DNA of 61,637 nt, counting the filler, from Chiloscyllium plagiosum (Eukaryota), in NCBI RefSeq assembly GCF_004010195.1. It is 4 parts of 2 records of this genome, joined end to end, with 100 filler letters (N's around TTAATTAATTAA, not from the genome) between each part and the next. Parts side by side here need not be neighbours in the genome. Positions count along the whole stretch, not along the records: positions 19,212 to 47,432 come from NC_057712.1; positions 47,533 to 57,904 come from NC_057712.1; 2 more parts are not named here. One strand, written 5' to 3'. Made by a program: the position numbers and the translations under genes. The notes under the pieces are model-generated. The model was not told where the DNA came from and did no database searches. It was given only the letters and a program-made list of their open reading frames with translations. This document shows positions 38,321 through 52,549 of the stretch, piece by piece; within the stretch, counting starts at the first letter, position 1, and every line of letters starts with the position of its first letter.

Positions 38321-41300
38321 GACTACTTCAAATTCAAAGCCCCCAGAAACTGTTCTCCTTCCGGATCCTCTGCTCCACACTCGCAGCCATGCGCCGCCAC
38401 CACAGTCAGTCCTACTTCAGCTGAGGGCCACACTCTCCCAGAACTGCAAAGCACCTCTGCTGTTTTACATCCTCAGCAGAATTCACACACTTAACAAACA
38501 CCTTTTCAACACAATATCTGACATCTAAAATTGGAAGTGTAGCAAACTTTCATGTACCTACCTTGATATTCGGGATTCCTCCAGCCATCACCATGGTGGC
38601 GAACGATGACGTCACTTCCGTCCCCGCCACTCGACAGCGCGCAGCCACAGCTGACCATGCCACTCCGTGATCGCCAGACAACTACTGCTGAGGCCATGAC
38701 AAGATCTGCCGTGACCGCTGTAAGATCCACCGCCACCAAAACCAACGCAAGGCTTAACCAGAACATCACTTCCGCCCCGGGTGTTGCCGCTGCCGCAATC
38801 ACTTCTGCCCCGACTGACATCACCTACGCCACAACCACTTCAACCCCCACTGACGCCATCCACCTGAACACTGCTGACAGAATCACCTATGGAATGCGTT
38901 GTGCCACGTCCGCCCCTGTTGATCCCACAGTCACCATCTCTGACCCCCTGAGGCCCGGGTGAGTGTCACTTCCATAAATGACATCACCCTTGGTCTCTCT
39001 ACTACCACGCCCACTCCAGTTACAGTCTCCAACCCCACTCCCAGCTCCAGCTGTAGACCAGATCCCAGCTCCCAGCCCTGCCAAGTTTTCACTAACCCCC
39101 CAGACCTCCCCCTCACTGAGCACAAATGATCAGTCCTCAGCAAAGGCCTTACCTTCATCACTCTCTGCTCCCGGATCAATGAATTCAACATGTTGTGACA
39201 TCGAACACTTCTTCCTCCGTCTCCAGTCTTTTTCCACCAAAACTCCCGCCCACCTTCTGAGGACCCCTTTTTCCCACCTCCAACACACCCCATCCAACTA
39301 GATGTCCCATGCTGGTCTGTTACTCAACCTCTATCTCTTTATTTCCAACTGCTGCCGGGACATCGACCGTCTCAACTGTCCAACCCCCTCCCGCACTCCA
39401 ACCTCTCGCCCTCTCAACGTGCAGCCCTCCACTCCCTTGACCCCAACCCCAACCTCACCATCAAACCAGCAGACAAAGGGGGGGGGGGGCACAGTAGTAG
39501 TTTGGCGCACTGACCTCTACACTGCTGAAGCCAGGTGCCAACTCAAAGACAACTCCTCTACTGCTTGACCATAACCTCACCCCCCTCACCAATCCATCAT
39601 CTTCCAGATCATACATGACCTCATCACCTCGGGGGATCTCCCACCCACAGCTTCCAACCTCCTAGTTTGGGTTCCTCACACCGTCCGGTTCTATCTCCTA
39701 CCCAAGATTCACAAACCTGACCACCCCAGCCGACCCATCGTTTCGGCCTGCTCCTGCCCCACCGAACTCCTCTCCACATAGCTTGATACTGTCCTATCCC
39801 CCCGGTCCAGGGACTCATCACATACATTCGGGACGCCACCCATGCCCTCCACCTCCTCCAAGACTTTCATTTCTCTGGCCTCCAATGCCTCATCTTCACC
39901 ACAGACATTCAGTCCCTAAACACCTCTATCCGTCATGACCAGGGCCTCCAAGTCCTCCTTTTCTTCCTCTCCTGATGTCCCCACCAGTACCCCTCCACTG
40001 ACACACTCATTTCGTTTGGCTAAACTGGTCCTCATCCTCAATAATGTCTTCTTTGAATCCTCCCACTTCCTTCAGACCAAAGGGGTAGCCATGGGCACCT
40101 GCATGAGCCCCAGCTATGCCTGTCTGTGTTGGTTACATGGAACAGTCCACCTTCCGCAGTTACACTGACACCATTCCTCACCTTTTCATATTGATGACTG
40201 TATCAGCGCCACCTTGTGCTCCCGCGAGGAGGTTGAGCAGTTCATCAGCTTCATCAACACATTTCACCCCGAACTTAAGTTCACCCGGACCATCTCAGAC
40301 ACCTCCCTCCCCTTCCTGGGCCTCTCCATCTCCATCAGTGGTGACCAACTCAACACTGACATCTTCAACAAATCCACCGGCTCCCACAGCTACCTGAACT
40401 GCACCACCTCCCACCCTGCCTCCTGTAAAACCTCTACCTCTTATTCCCAATTCCTCTGCCTCCACCGCATCTGCTCCCAGGAGGACCAATTCCACCACAG
40501 AACACACCAGATGGCAGCCTCATTCAAAGACCATACTTTCCCCTCCCTTGTGGTCAATGATGCCCTCCAGCGTCTCATCCACTTCCTGCACCTCCGTCCT
40601 TGAACTTCACCCCTCCAACTGCAACAAGGACAGAACCCCCCTGGTCCTCGCCTTCTACCCCAACCTTCATTTTCATTGCATCATCTTCTGCAATTTCCGC
40701 CACCTACCAACGGACCCCACCACCAGAGATATATTTTCCTCCCCTCCCCTATCTGTTTTCCGTAATTACCATTCCCTCCATAACTCTCTTGTCGGGTCCA
40801 TGCCCCCTCACCAACCCACTCTCCCCTCCTGGCACCTTCCCTTGCCACCACAGGAATTTTCAAAACCTGTGCCCACACCTCTTCCCTTACCTTCGTCCAA
40901 GGCCCCAAAGGAGCCTTCCACATCCATCAAAGTTTCACCTGCACTTCCACATATGTCATTTACTGTATCTGTTGCTCCCGATGCGGTCTCCTCGACATTA
41001 GGGAAACAGAATGCCTACTTGCAGACAGCTTCAGAGAACATCTCTGGGACACCCACACCAATCAACCCCACTGCCCCGTGGCTGAACATTTCAACTCCCC
41101 CTCCCACTCTGCCAAGGACACACAGGTCCTGGGCCTCTTTCATTGCCACGCCCTAACCACCGATGCCTGGAGGAAGAACGCCTCATCTTCCACCTTGGGA
41201 CCCTCCAACCACATAACATCAATGTGGATTTCACCAGTTTCCTCATTTCTTTCCCCCACCTTATCCCAGATCCAATCTTCCAACTCGGCACCGTCCTCAT

Positions 41301-41567
41301 GACCTGTCTGATCTATCCATCTTCCTTCCAACTATCTGCTCCACCCTCCTCTCTGACCTGTCACCATTGCCCTCAACTCTGTCAACCTATCGCATTCTCA
41401 GCTACTTCCCCCATCCCATTTATTTCTCCACCCCATCGGTCCACAAGCCTCGCTCCTGATGAAGGGCTCTTGCCCGAACCGTCGATTCTCCTGCTCCTGA
41501 CCTCTGCTTTTTCAGCACTCCACACTCGACTCTGATCTCCAGCATCTGCAGTCTTCACTTTCTCCCC
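38321..41567 (+). mobile_element. Long decayed Penelope-like retroelement (N-terminal region, RT, GIY-YIG, pseudo-LTR with hammerhead at 41456-41483)
   Basis: FLQTKGVAMGT, FINTFHPELKFT and VIYCICCSRCG-type motifs across frameshifts; hammerhead has GAAC instead of GAAA; inserted in a - strand CR1 end with TCAGCCC on both sides. Confidence 0.92.
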
Positions 41568-42365
41568 TATCAGCCCTTTCAGTCTGCTCTTTTATTTGAT
41601 ACTATAGTGGCTGATCTTGCCTCAGCCTCGACACCACTTTCCTGCCTGCTCTCCACAACCCTTTAAACCGATTACTAATTAAATCTGTGCCAATCTCCTC
41701 CTGAAATTGATTCACTGTCCTGGTATACATGGCACTCTGGGGGAGTGAATTCCACAGAGTCACACTCATTTGAGAGAAGTAATCTCTCATCTCTGATTGA
41801 AATCTTCTCCCCCCTTTACCTTAAAGCTGTGACCACTTATTCAAGTTCACTCACAAGAGGAAATATCTTGTCTCCATCTCCATTGTAAGACTCTCTTAGC
41901 ATCCTGTATCCCTCAATTAGATCTCCTTTCATGCTGCAAAACTCTGGAGAGTTCCTAAATTGCACCGTCTCTGCTCAGACAAGCCTTTCATCTCTGGTGT
42001 TAATCTCGTGAGTCTCCTCTGAACTGTCTCCAATATAATTACATCCTTGCATCCATTAGGGAATTATGCACAGACAAATACAGAAGATAAAAACAAGCAA
42101 GTCTGTAATGTGGGACCAAACAGTCAAGGGAGCATGGCAGTGCAAGGTGGCATTTATTTTAATTCAGAGAGCCTTGTTATTAAGGCAGACAGGTTTGGTA
42201 TGGTATTAATGGGGATATGCTATTGTTATTACAGAAGCATGGGTGAGGTGGGAACACAACTGGCAGCTCAATATTCTGGTGTATAAAATCAACAGGCGAG
42301 ACAGGGAGGGGGTGTACAAGCGATAGTGTCGTAGTATTAATCAAGGAGCTAATTATTGTCTTAGG

Positions 42366-44205
42366 AGTAGAGTGGTGCTGGAAAAGCACAGCAGTTCAGG
42401 CAGCATCCGATGAGCAGGAAAATCGACGTTTTGGGCAAAGGCCCTTCAGGAGTACAGGCAGTACGCCTGAAGGGTGGAGAGATAAATGAGGGTAGGGTGG
42501 GGGTGGGGCCTCATCACCTCAGGAGATCTCCCACCCACAGCTTCCAACCTCATAGTCCAGGAACCCCGCACTGTCCGGTTCTACCTCCTCCCCAAGATCC
42601 ACAAGCCTGACCACCCTGGCTGACCCATTGACTCAGCATGCTCCTGCCCCACTGAACTCATCTCTACCTACCTCGACACTGTCCTATCCCTCCTAGTCCA
42701 GGAACTCCCCACATACGTTCGAGACACCACCCACACCCTTCACCTCCTCCAAGACTTCTGTTTCCCCGGCTTCCAACGCCTCATCTTCACCATGGACATC
42801 TAATCCCTCTACACCTCCATCCGCCATGACCCAGGGCCTCCAAGCCCTCCGTTTCTTCCTCTCCCGACATCCCCAACAGTACCTTTTCACCCACACTCAT
42901 TCGTTTGGCCGAACTGGTTCTCACCCTTAACAATTTCTCCTTCGAATCCTCCCACTTCACCCAGACCAAAGGGGTAGCCATGGACACCCGTATGGGCCCC
43001 AGCTATGCCTGTCTCTTTGTTGGCTACGTAGACAGTCCATACACTGGCACCACTCCCCACCTCTTCCTCCGCTACATTGATGACTGCATTGGCGTCACCT
43101 CGTGCTCCCGCGAGGAGGTTGAGCAATTCATCAACTTCACCAACACATTCCACCCTGACCTTAAATTTACCTGGACCATCTCTGACACCTCCCTCCCCTT
43201 CCTGGACCTCTCCATCTCCATTAATGACGACCGACTTGACACCGACATTTTTTACAAACCCACCGACTCCCACAGCTACCTAGATTTCACCTCTTCCCAC
43301 CCTACATCGTGCAAAAATGCCATCCCGTATTCCCAATTCCTCCGCCTGCTCCCAGGAGGACCAGTTCCACCACAGAACACACCAGATAGCCTCCTTCTTT
43401 AGACACCGCAATTTCCCCTCCCACGTGGTTAAAGATGCCCTCCAACGCATCTCGTCCACATCCCGCACCTCCGCCCTCAGGCCCCACTCCTCCAACCATA
43501 ACAAGGACAGAATGCCCCGGTGCTCACCTTCCATCCTACCAACCTTCGCATAAACCCAATCATCTGCCGACATTTCCGTCACCTCCAAACGGACCCCACC
43601 ACCAGGGATATATTTCCCTCCCCACCACTTTCCGCCTTCCGCAAAGACCGTTCCCTCCGTGACTACCTGGTCAGGTCCACGCCCCCCCCAACAACCCAAC
43701 CTCCCATCCTGGCACCATCTCCTGTCACCGCAGGAATTGCAAAACCTGCGCCCACACCTCCTCCCTCACCTCCATCCAAGGCCCTAAAGGAGCCTTCCGC
43801 ATCCGTCAAAGTTTTACCTGCACATCCAGCAATATCATTTATTGTATCTGTTGCTCCCGATGTGGTTTCCTCTACATTGGGGAGACTGGGCGCCTCCTAG
43901 CAGAGTGCTTTAGGGAACATCTCCGTGACACCCGCACCAATCAACCGCACTGCCCCGTGGCCCAACATTTCAACTCCCCCCTCCCACTCAGCTGAGGACA
44001 TGGAGGTCCTGGGCCTCCTTTACCGCCACTCCCTCACCACCCAAAGCCTAGAGGAAGAACGCCTCATCTTCCGCCTCGGAACACTTCAACCCCAGGGCAT
44101 CAATGTGGACTTCAACAGTTTCCTCATTTCCCCCTGAACTGCTGTGCTTTTCCAGCACCACTGTAATCCAGAATCTGGTTTCCAGCATCTGCAGTCAGTT
44201 TTTAC
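42366..44205 (+). mobile_element. 5'-truncated Penelope-like element with inverted 5' pseudo-LTR (42366-42508) and 9-bp TSD
   Basis: ORF 42905..43402 QTKGVAMDTRMGPSYA...LRYIDD...FLDL; GIY-YIG IIYCICCSRCGFLYIGET; TSD TGTCTTAGG at 42357-42365 and 44206-44214. Confidence 0.93.
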
Positions 44206-44551
44206 TGTCTTAGGTGGCTGCTCTGTTGAGGCCATTTGGGTTGAACTTCATAATAATAAAAAAAAGGTCAATCACATTGCTGGGAGTGCACTATAGACCC
44301 TCAAACAATCCAGAAACAAAGATGTATCAGCAAGTCTCAGAAATTATACATCTCCTAATAGTGGTTTTAAATATTAGGCAAAAAATATTAAAGACTTAGA
44401 GTGGGCAGAATTCTTAGTCCACACAGGTGATCGTTTTAAGCCAACGTATAGAAAGTCCTACAACAGAGGGACTGTGCGGGACTTAATTTTAGGGAAAGAA
44501 GCCAAGCAAGTGGGAGGAGTGTCAGTGGGAGAGCCCCTGGTGATTGTGGCC

Positions 44552-44631
44552 GTAACTCAGTAATGGTGAAGGTAACTCAGTAATGGTGAAGGTAACTCAG
44601 TAATAATGAAGGTAACTCAGTAATGGTGAAG
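44552..44631. repeat. 20-bp unit x4 (GTAACTCAGTAATGGTGAAG)
   Basis: Direct reading. Confidence 0.9.
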
Positions 44632-45815
44632 GTAAATTTTGAAAGGAACACGAGTAAGCTGAGAATAAAGGGGAGATGAATGGATTCTAATATAATAAAA
44701 CAGGGGCTGGCCAAAATGGACTGGGTTCAGCTACTTGCTGGAAAATCTTCATCGGAGCAGTGGGAATCTTTCAAAACATGCAGGATCGATGTGTTTCTGT
44801 AAAGGTGAAGCGTGGCTGAACCCTAGATATCGAGAAATGTTGCCAATTCAGGAAGGATAAAGGGTGGCTAATGAGTGCTTAAAACCTCAGAAACTTTAAA
44901 GACAGAAAAAAGGGCAGAGGATTGCTTAAAATGAAATTATCAAAGTGAAGGGGAAACCCTGGTGGGTAAAATAAAGGATAATCCAAAGGCAATTTCAAAG
45001 GATATTAGGGACAAGAGAATAACCAGGGAAAGAGAAGTCCCTTATGGGCCCCAAGGTGGCAGCTCGAAGGTGCAGGTGAGGTTTTAAATGAGTACTTAGC
45101 GTCCTTTTCTATAATGGATAAAGATGCAGTCGGTATAGAAGTCAGGGAAGAGAACTGTAATATTATTGAACAAATTACAGATGAGAGGGTGGAGGTATCA
45201 GTGGTTTTACTATCTTAAAACAAGTAAATCCCCAGAACCGTTTGAGATGTGCCTCAGGCACATCAGGGAAACAACGTAGGAGATTGTAGGAGTCCTGACA
45301 TTAATTTTCAAATCCTCTCTGGCCACAGGGAGGGTGCTAGAGGACTTGTAGACAGCAAATGTACCACTATTCAAGAAGAGTGCTAGGAATAAACTAGGGA
45401 ACTTCAAGCTGGTGAGTCTAACATCTGTTGCCAAAAATCTACTGGAGACATTTGAGGGACAGAATTAATCTCCACTTAAAGAGGCAAGGATTAATCAAGG
45501 TTAAGCAGCAGGGCTTTGTCAAGGAAGGTCACGTCTGAGGTTTGATTGGTGATGGAATGATTTCATGTTACTTGTGATGACACATGCCTGGTTAATGGTG
45601 GTTATAGTGATGGGGTTCCAGGGGCTTGGGTTAATGGTGTTTATAATGACTGGTCTGGGGTAATGGCAGTTACAGTAATGAGGCTTGGGTGAACAGCGGT
45701 TATGGTGACGGGTGTCTGATTAATGGCGGTTATGTTGTGACAGAGTCATCCAGCAGGAAACAGACTGTTTGGTGCAAGCAGTCCATGTTGACAGTTTGCT
45801 GTAATTTCTGATCAG

Positions 45816-45922
45816 ATATTATTGATCCTGCTGTGCTGCGACCTGGCCGACTGGATAAGACGTTATATATTGGATTACCGAAGGCCTCAGACCGATTTGC
45901 TATCTTGCAAACTTTGACAAAG
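45816..45922 (+). CDS. NVL: NVL coding exon 19, D2 SRH ([36 protein letters not shown]); last NVL exon visible
   Basis: CAG acceptor, AAG|GTAAAA donor; arginine finger LRPGRLD. Confidence 0.97.
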
Positions 45923-46089
45923 GTAAAAGAGGGGAATTCTGATACTCCCAGGGTCGTTTCCTCTTCCGTTTGTCACAATTGCTTTTTCTGCCCAGTCCAC
46001 AGGATTCAGCTGCTCAGTATGATCTCCCTCCCCCTCCACAGTTGTGGCCCCCATGTCAGCACATGCTCACTCGTCTGCCACTATTTCGT

Positions 46090-46835
46090 AGTCATAGAGA
46101 CGTACAGCACGGAAACAAACGTTTCAGTCCAACCCGTCCATGTCGATCAGATATCCTAACTTTACCTAGTCCCATTTCTCAGCACTTGGACAATATCCCT
46201 CCAAACCCTTCCTATTCAGACACCCATCCAGATGCCTTTTAAATGTTGTAATTATACCAGCCTCCACCACTCCCTCTGGCAACTCATTCCATGCACGCAC
46301 CATCCTCTGCGTGAAAAAGTTGCCCCTTAGGTCTCTCTTATATCTTTCCCCATTTCACCCTAAATCTATGCCCGCTAGTTCTGGACTCCCCGACCCCAGG
46401 GAAAAGACCATGTCTATTTACCCTATCCATGCCCCTCATGATGTTATAAACCTCTATAAGGTCACCCCTCAGCCTCCTACGCTCCAGAGAAAACAGCCCC
46501 AACCTATTCAGCCTCTCCCTATTGCTCAAATCTTCCAACCCTGGCAACATCCTTGTAAATCTTTTCTGAATCCTTTCACATTTCATAACATCCTTCCAAT
46601 AGGTGGGAGAACAGAACTGCACACAATATTCCAAAAGTGGCCTAACCAATGTCATGTACAGGTGCAACATGACCTCCCAACTCCTGTACTCGATGCTCTG
46701 TCCAATAAAGGAAAGCATACCAAATGCTTCCTTCACTATCCTATCTACCTGCCATTCCACTTTGTAGGAACTATGAACCTGCACTCCAAGGTCTCGTTGT
46801 TCAGCAACACTCCCTAGGACTTTACCATTAAGTGT
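46090..46835 (-). mobile_element. CR1 LINE 3' fragment
   Basis: ORF 46338..46901 LVRPLLEYCVQF...RRRLRGDLIEVY. Confidence 0.9.
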
Positions 46836-47432
46836 AATTTTTCCATCACATGGGAGCTGTTCTTGTTTCCTCATGTATCCTGCTGTGCTAGGCCTTGTCA
46901 CTATTCACCTTCGGGGTCATACAACTGATTGGCTTGCTCGATATCTGCAGGGGGCAATTCAGAGTCAGCCTCTTTGTTCTGTTTTGACTCTTGTCTTGAC
47001 AAACCCACAAACACTTCTGTCTAGTAGGCCAAAGGCAGCAGATACTTCAGAACACCACCCTCTGCAAGTTCCCCTCCAAGCCACTCACTATCCTGACTTG
47101 GAAATATATCCCTGTTCCTTCACTGTCACTGGGTAAAACTCCTGTAATTCCCTCCCTTAGGACATTGTGGGTCAACCCACCACCGTGAGGGCAACTAGGG
47201 ATAGGCAATAAACATTGACCAGCCAGCGACACCCACATCCTGTAAGTGAATAAAAACAAATCCCACTGAGCTGGACTGGCTCCTGATTGAGTTCATCACG
47301 TGAAGCAGCATCAGATCATGAGGCTAGAGCTGCCTCCTGCTTCTGTCAGTCGCCCCACCCCCTTCCCATTGTTTCCTCTCCTTCTGTCATCCTCTCACAT
47401 CTCAGTTTGCTTCCCACCCCAACGGATCATCC

Positions 47433-47532
47433 NNNNNNNNNNNNNNNNNNNNNNNNNNNNNNNNNNNNNNNNNNNNTTAATTAATTAANNNNNNNNNNNN
47501 NNNNNNNNNNNNNNNNNNNNNNNNNNNNNNNN
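47433..47532. other. Artificial gap linker N44-TTAATTAATTAA-N44
   Basis: Same 100-nt structure as 19112-19211. Confidence 0.97.
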
Positions 47533-48060
47533 GGAGTCTGTGGGGGGTATGTTAGCAGAATGCAGGTGAGTGGCGCTGGTGGGGGCGGAAGTGGTGGTGA
47601 CCACAGCAGTAGGGGTGACAGAAATCACTGAGCATGTGGCATCAGCGATGATGTTAAGGGCAGAAGTGATGCATGAGGAATTGTGAGGGGTGGAAGTGGT
47701 TGTGGGAGTGGCCATAATAGGGGCAGAGCTGAAAATGTGTTGCTGGAAAAGTACAGGTCAGGCAGCATCCAAGGAACAGGAGAATCAACATTTCGGGCAT
47801 AAGCCCTTCTTCAGGAATGGGTGATAAGGGCAGAAGTGACAATCAGCGTGGGGGTGGCAGCTGCATCAGCCACATGGCATCCGAGGAGATTGTGAGGCCA
47901 GGGGGAATCTTCTGGACTGTTTGAGGAGCACTGGTCATGGAGGTGGGTAGACAAAAGTTTGTTGCTGATGGGGTGGGGGTATAATTCAACAGTGAAGACA
48001 ATCCAACAGAGCTTTGAGTTATACAAGAGGGACAGAAGTCATTTTAACAGCTGTTGGCCT
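47533..48060 (-). mobile_element. PLE N-terminal region fragment with an inserted pseudo-LTR piece (hammerhead at about 47787-47814)
   Basis: Resembles 38450-38900 in reverse; - strand CTGAAGA-A-GGGCTTATGCCC-GAAAT-GTT. Confidence 0.65.
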
Positions 48061-49809
48061 GCACATACACGAATACAGACAGGACTGCAATCACTGATGC
48101 CAGTGGAAATGACAAGTCATACAAGCTTCTCAACTGTTCCCCTCTAACTCAGGTGGCATGAGAATTACATTTATATAACAACTTTCAGCAGAAACAAAAT
48201 GCCTTAAAAGTCACTAACCTTTGACTTGCTCCCTGCAAATCACAGCTACTCCACTTCAGATTACAGTACAAGCAATTTGTAGGTTATTAGATAAAGTTTG
48301 AATGGTATTAACAATCTGACCACAACAGCTATACTTATGGAAAGGCTTGTCATTCTATTTCTCCACAGAAGACATTCTGCAATATTAAAACATTACACTA
48401 TCAACTTATTAAAATGGGTTAAGACTATGGCTGAAGGACCCTGCAGTCAGGTTTCCATTTCACTAATGGCAACTGGATTTAGTATTCAACTAGTTCCTTA
48501 CTCCAAAGGAGTAACAAGTTAAAATAAATCATAAATTAGATGTACATATAATGATGGAGGACTGCCAATATACACATTCACACACCACAGCATTACACAA
48601 TCTGAAGTGCACACATTAGAGATGAATGCAGCACAATGTTAGCAAGGTTAAAGTACAGAAAGAAGTCAAATGGCTAACTCAAGATTCCTAACTGGACTTC
48701 ATTTCTACCTTAACCCTTGCATGGCACATGAATTATAAATTCACCACCAATACCTGTCTTTAGTTCAGTTGATCACAGGCAACTATGCTCACTTCTAGAA
48801 GGCAGATAACTTTAAACTTGCACTCCCACAAAACTGCCCGAACAGGAATTACAGGATAAACATGACCAATTGAGTGGAATATAACCTGGGTAAATTGTAA
48901 GATTGTGCAGCAGGAACAATAGTTGAATATATGTAGATGTAGAAGACTGTGCTGAGGAAATAAGAATCCTCATCTATGAATCACAAAGCTAAAACGTTCA
49001 GTGGGCAATAGGGAAGGCAAATGAAATGCTAGCCTTTATTTCAAGGGGATGTAGTATAAAAGTAGAGGTCTTCCTATAAAAGCATAGGAGGCAATAGTCA
49101 GACCACAACTAGAATGCTATAACAAGTTTTGGCACCCTTATCCAAAGAGTGGCATACAGGCATTGAAGTAGTTGAGAGGAGAATCACTAGGTTAACATTA
49201 GGTATGGACAGACTGAGTGTGACAGAATCCTGCAAAGACAGCCACTCAGCCCACTGCATTTGCATCAACCCTCAAAAGCATCCCATTCCCTCCCAACACC
49301 TTATCCCCATAACACTGCATTCACCACAGTCATTCCACCTAACCTGTGGAGGAAACCTACAGACATTGAGAGAATGTGCAAACTCCAATCAAAAGGCTGG
49401 AATAAGCCTGGATCCTGGCATTGAGGGGAAACAGTACTAACCACTGAACCATGCTGCCCTAATTCACTAGGTTGGGGTCAATGATAAGAGCAGCCTTGCA
49501 TGCCATCTTTTTAAAGGGAGCTTGCCAGTGCAGATTGAGGTAGTTACATCTTGTAGGACAGCTGGAGAGCATCTGAGGAAAATCATATTTAAAAGATTGA
49601 TGGAGAAATTCCCCTCCCAGAAGGGTGGCCTGTTAAGTATATTAACAATATCAGATTTAATTGGCAAGGCAAGGTCTTGAGAAACTGGAAAATGCAGCTG
49701 AGGATTCAGCCAGCCATTTGGGTTGGCCTAATGACCACTTCATAGCATTTCACTGGCATACCACATGGGTGACAGCACTAGAAATCAGGGGCTTGAGTGC
49801 CAAGTTAAA

Positions 49810-50260
49810 GAGTTCAGAAAAGATTTACAAGGATGTTGCCAGGGTTGGAGGATTTGAGCTATAGGGAGAGGCTGTTTTTCCTGGATCAGAGGCTGAGGGG
49901 TGACCTTAGAGGTTTACAAAATTATGAGGGGCATGGCTAGGGTAAATAGGTAGACTTTTCCCTGGGATCAGGGAGTCCAGAACTAGAGGGCATAGGTTTA
50001 GGGTGAGAGGGGAAGATAAGAAATCTATGGGGCAACTTTTTCCACAGAGGGTGGTATGGGTATGGAATGAGCTGCCAGAGGAAGTGGTGGAGGCTGGTAC
50101 AATTGCAACATTTCAGAGGTATTTGGATGGGTATATGAATAGGAAGGGTTTGGAGGGATATGGGCCAGGTGCTGGCAGGTGGGACTAGATTGGGTTGGGA
50201 TGGGTCAGCATGGATGGGTTGGACCAAAGGGTCTGTTTCTATGCTGTACATCTATGACTA
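49810..50260 (+). mobile_element. CR1 LINE 3' end
   Basis: ORF 50003..50188 FPQRVVWVWNELPEEVVEAGT; CTATGAC tail. Confidence 0.88.
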
Positions 50261-51654
50261 TTGGCTAATTTTTTGACTTTCATATCCAGATTATGAAAGC
50301 ATGACCAAGTTTCTGTACTTAATTATGCATCATAAGAGACACTAGCTATAGAACAAGGTTCTGAAGGAGAGTCACTGGGCCCAAAGTGCTGATTTTTTTT
50401 CCTCCAGATGCTGCAATACCTGCTGGGTTTTTCCACCAGTCTGTTTTAGACTTCCAGCATCAGCAGTTTTGTTTCATCAATTATGCTGGACACAATGCTT
50501 TAACTTAATAGGACTTCTGAAGGTAGAGATCTGATACAAAGAATTGCTGGCAAAACCATGCTCTGGCAGCATCTGTGGGCAGGAAGCAGAGTTGATGTTT
50601 AAGCATGGTGACTCAGAACTGATAGCAGTTGGAGTGATTTCTGCTGAAGATGACATGGGAGAAAAGGGTTGAACCCCAGGACTAGTTACTGATTGCTAGA
50701 GACAGGTGAAAGGGGTAAACATTAAAGGGGATTATTGTAATAAACAAGAACAAAAGAAAAGCCATACAAGTGACAGGGAGCTGAGTGGAAGACAGAATGG
50801 GTAGGCAGTGTTGAAAACAACAAAGGGACTCAGTTCAGTAATTCTAGAGCATGGCTCTTGTCCTGCCAAGACGTGTTGCTTTCAGCTCAGCTGAAGCTTC
50901 CTTTTCCACAATCGGCAGTTTTCCACTATCTATTAGAACTCAATTGAAGTCTCCCTCAAAACTAGCAGCCTGAATAGTTAAACATTTCCTTAATCTTTCA
51001 GTTTGAAGGAAGGAAATTAGTAAAGTACGAAAGAACGAGAGTTTAGACTAAAATAAAGGTCAGTCATAATCTTGCGGATAAGCAGAGCAGATTCGAAGGG
51101 CCGGGCTGCCTACACTTGTAGGTAATAGTATCAAAGCCCAATTATAGAGGGTTCTTGACGCACAATTAAAGTATTTTACATGTGAAATATTAACCACCTA
51201 CAATTAAGGCTTTTACAGAAGCTGCGCATTAATTCTACGGGAAATATGACTTGGGCGAACCGCTGGCAAAAAAAATTGGAGCGGAAGCGAAGTGTTTTTC
51301 TCCAATTAACTGGGCGGTGGTCCGGCCGCCTTCAAGCCAAGATAACGGTCCGGAGGTTCGGCAAGGCGGAAAACTGTAAGAGTTAGTGCAGCGATCAGCA
51401 GCATACCTTGGACTAAATGTCTTCGACAGGGCAAAAGCGATCTCGAGGGGCTTTTATTCTGCGTCAAGACCTCCCCGTTAGGTATTTGTAGGCTCTCCTC
51501 TCCAACATGATCCACATCCGTTACTAGTTGAAGACATCGGGATCAGGGTAGGCACAAGTCTGAGCGCTAAGCCCTGGTCGCTACTGGGGACTACGGCTGC
51601 ACTAAGGTGCGATACAAAGGAAATTCAGGGGGAAAGCGCGTACCCCTTGAAGAG

Positions 51655-51975
51655 GCCACAGAATCACAGAATCTCTAGATTGTGGAAGCGGACTATTCGG
51701 CCCTTCGAACGGCATCGCGCCCAGACTCACCCCCCCTGCCCGATCCCTGTAGGCCCCCACAATTCCTATGACTAATTCATCTAGCCGATACATTCCTGCA
51801 TAGTACGGGAAATTTAGCATTGCCAGTCTCACCTAACCAGCACATGAACGGAAACTGGAAGAGACCCAGGCAGACACAGGGAGAATGTGCAAATTCCACA
51901 CTGAGTCGCCCGAGGCTGGAATCGAACCCGGGTCCCCGGAGCTGATAATCAGTAACACTAGTCAGCCACCGTGCC
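51655..51975 (-). mobile_element. HE1/V-SINE-like element
   Basis: B box GGTTCGATTCC and V-domain on -; CpGs relatively well preserved. Confidence 0.7.
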
Positions 51976-52549
51976 GGCCCAGTGGCACTATCCACCATCA
52001 CAGTCATGTTGAGAAACTATTTTCCTGTTTTCAGTCAGAAGCCAACTCCAGACGGCCGCCCCGGGACAGTGCGACTGGACTGAAGGAAATACAGCCGTTT
52101 TCAACCGCAGTGAGGGTGAAGTCCCAGGCTGGATAACCCAGTCCTCACTTCCGTGAATCGGTCAATACCCACTCCGGCGGTGGACTGGGAAATGCCAGGG
52201 GTTAATTCGGTCTTAATTATTAGAAACAGGACAGAGAAAACGCCTCCTGAACTGATTGTAGTCCCGGGACGTTAGTTATTAGACGTGTTGGACAGGATTG
52301 GGGGGGGGCGGGGCTAGTTATTAAATCCTGTTGGGTGATATTGGAGGGCGGGGAGGAAAATGGGGGAAAAATAAACTTTCTTCAATCTGGCCGTCAACGT
52401 CAGGCGGCCGGGCACCGTTAGATGAAAAGCTCGACGGTGAGTCACGGCGCAATGATCCGGTAGAAGTCAGGGCCCAGCCACTACCACCAGAAGGCGGTAG
52501 AGGATTACCGTCCGTTCTTTCCGCCGTCCTCACCCCCCCCCTCTCTTAC

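Larger units (their letters stand above)
42047..45540 (+). mobile_element. Old CR1 endonuclease-RT fragment split by a PLE
   Basis: LLGVHYRP at about 44280 and decayed RT-upstream motifs at 45200-45540. Confidence 0.6.

Noticed and set aside
38506..39301. Thr/Ala/Pro-rich ORFs as a mucin-like gene
   Set aside because: They lie within the N-terminal region of the Penelope-like element, and similar sequence recurs at 47533-48060
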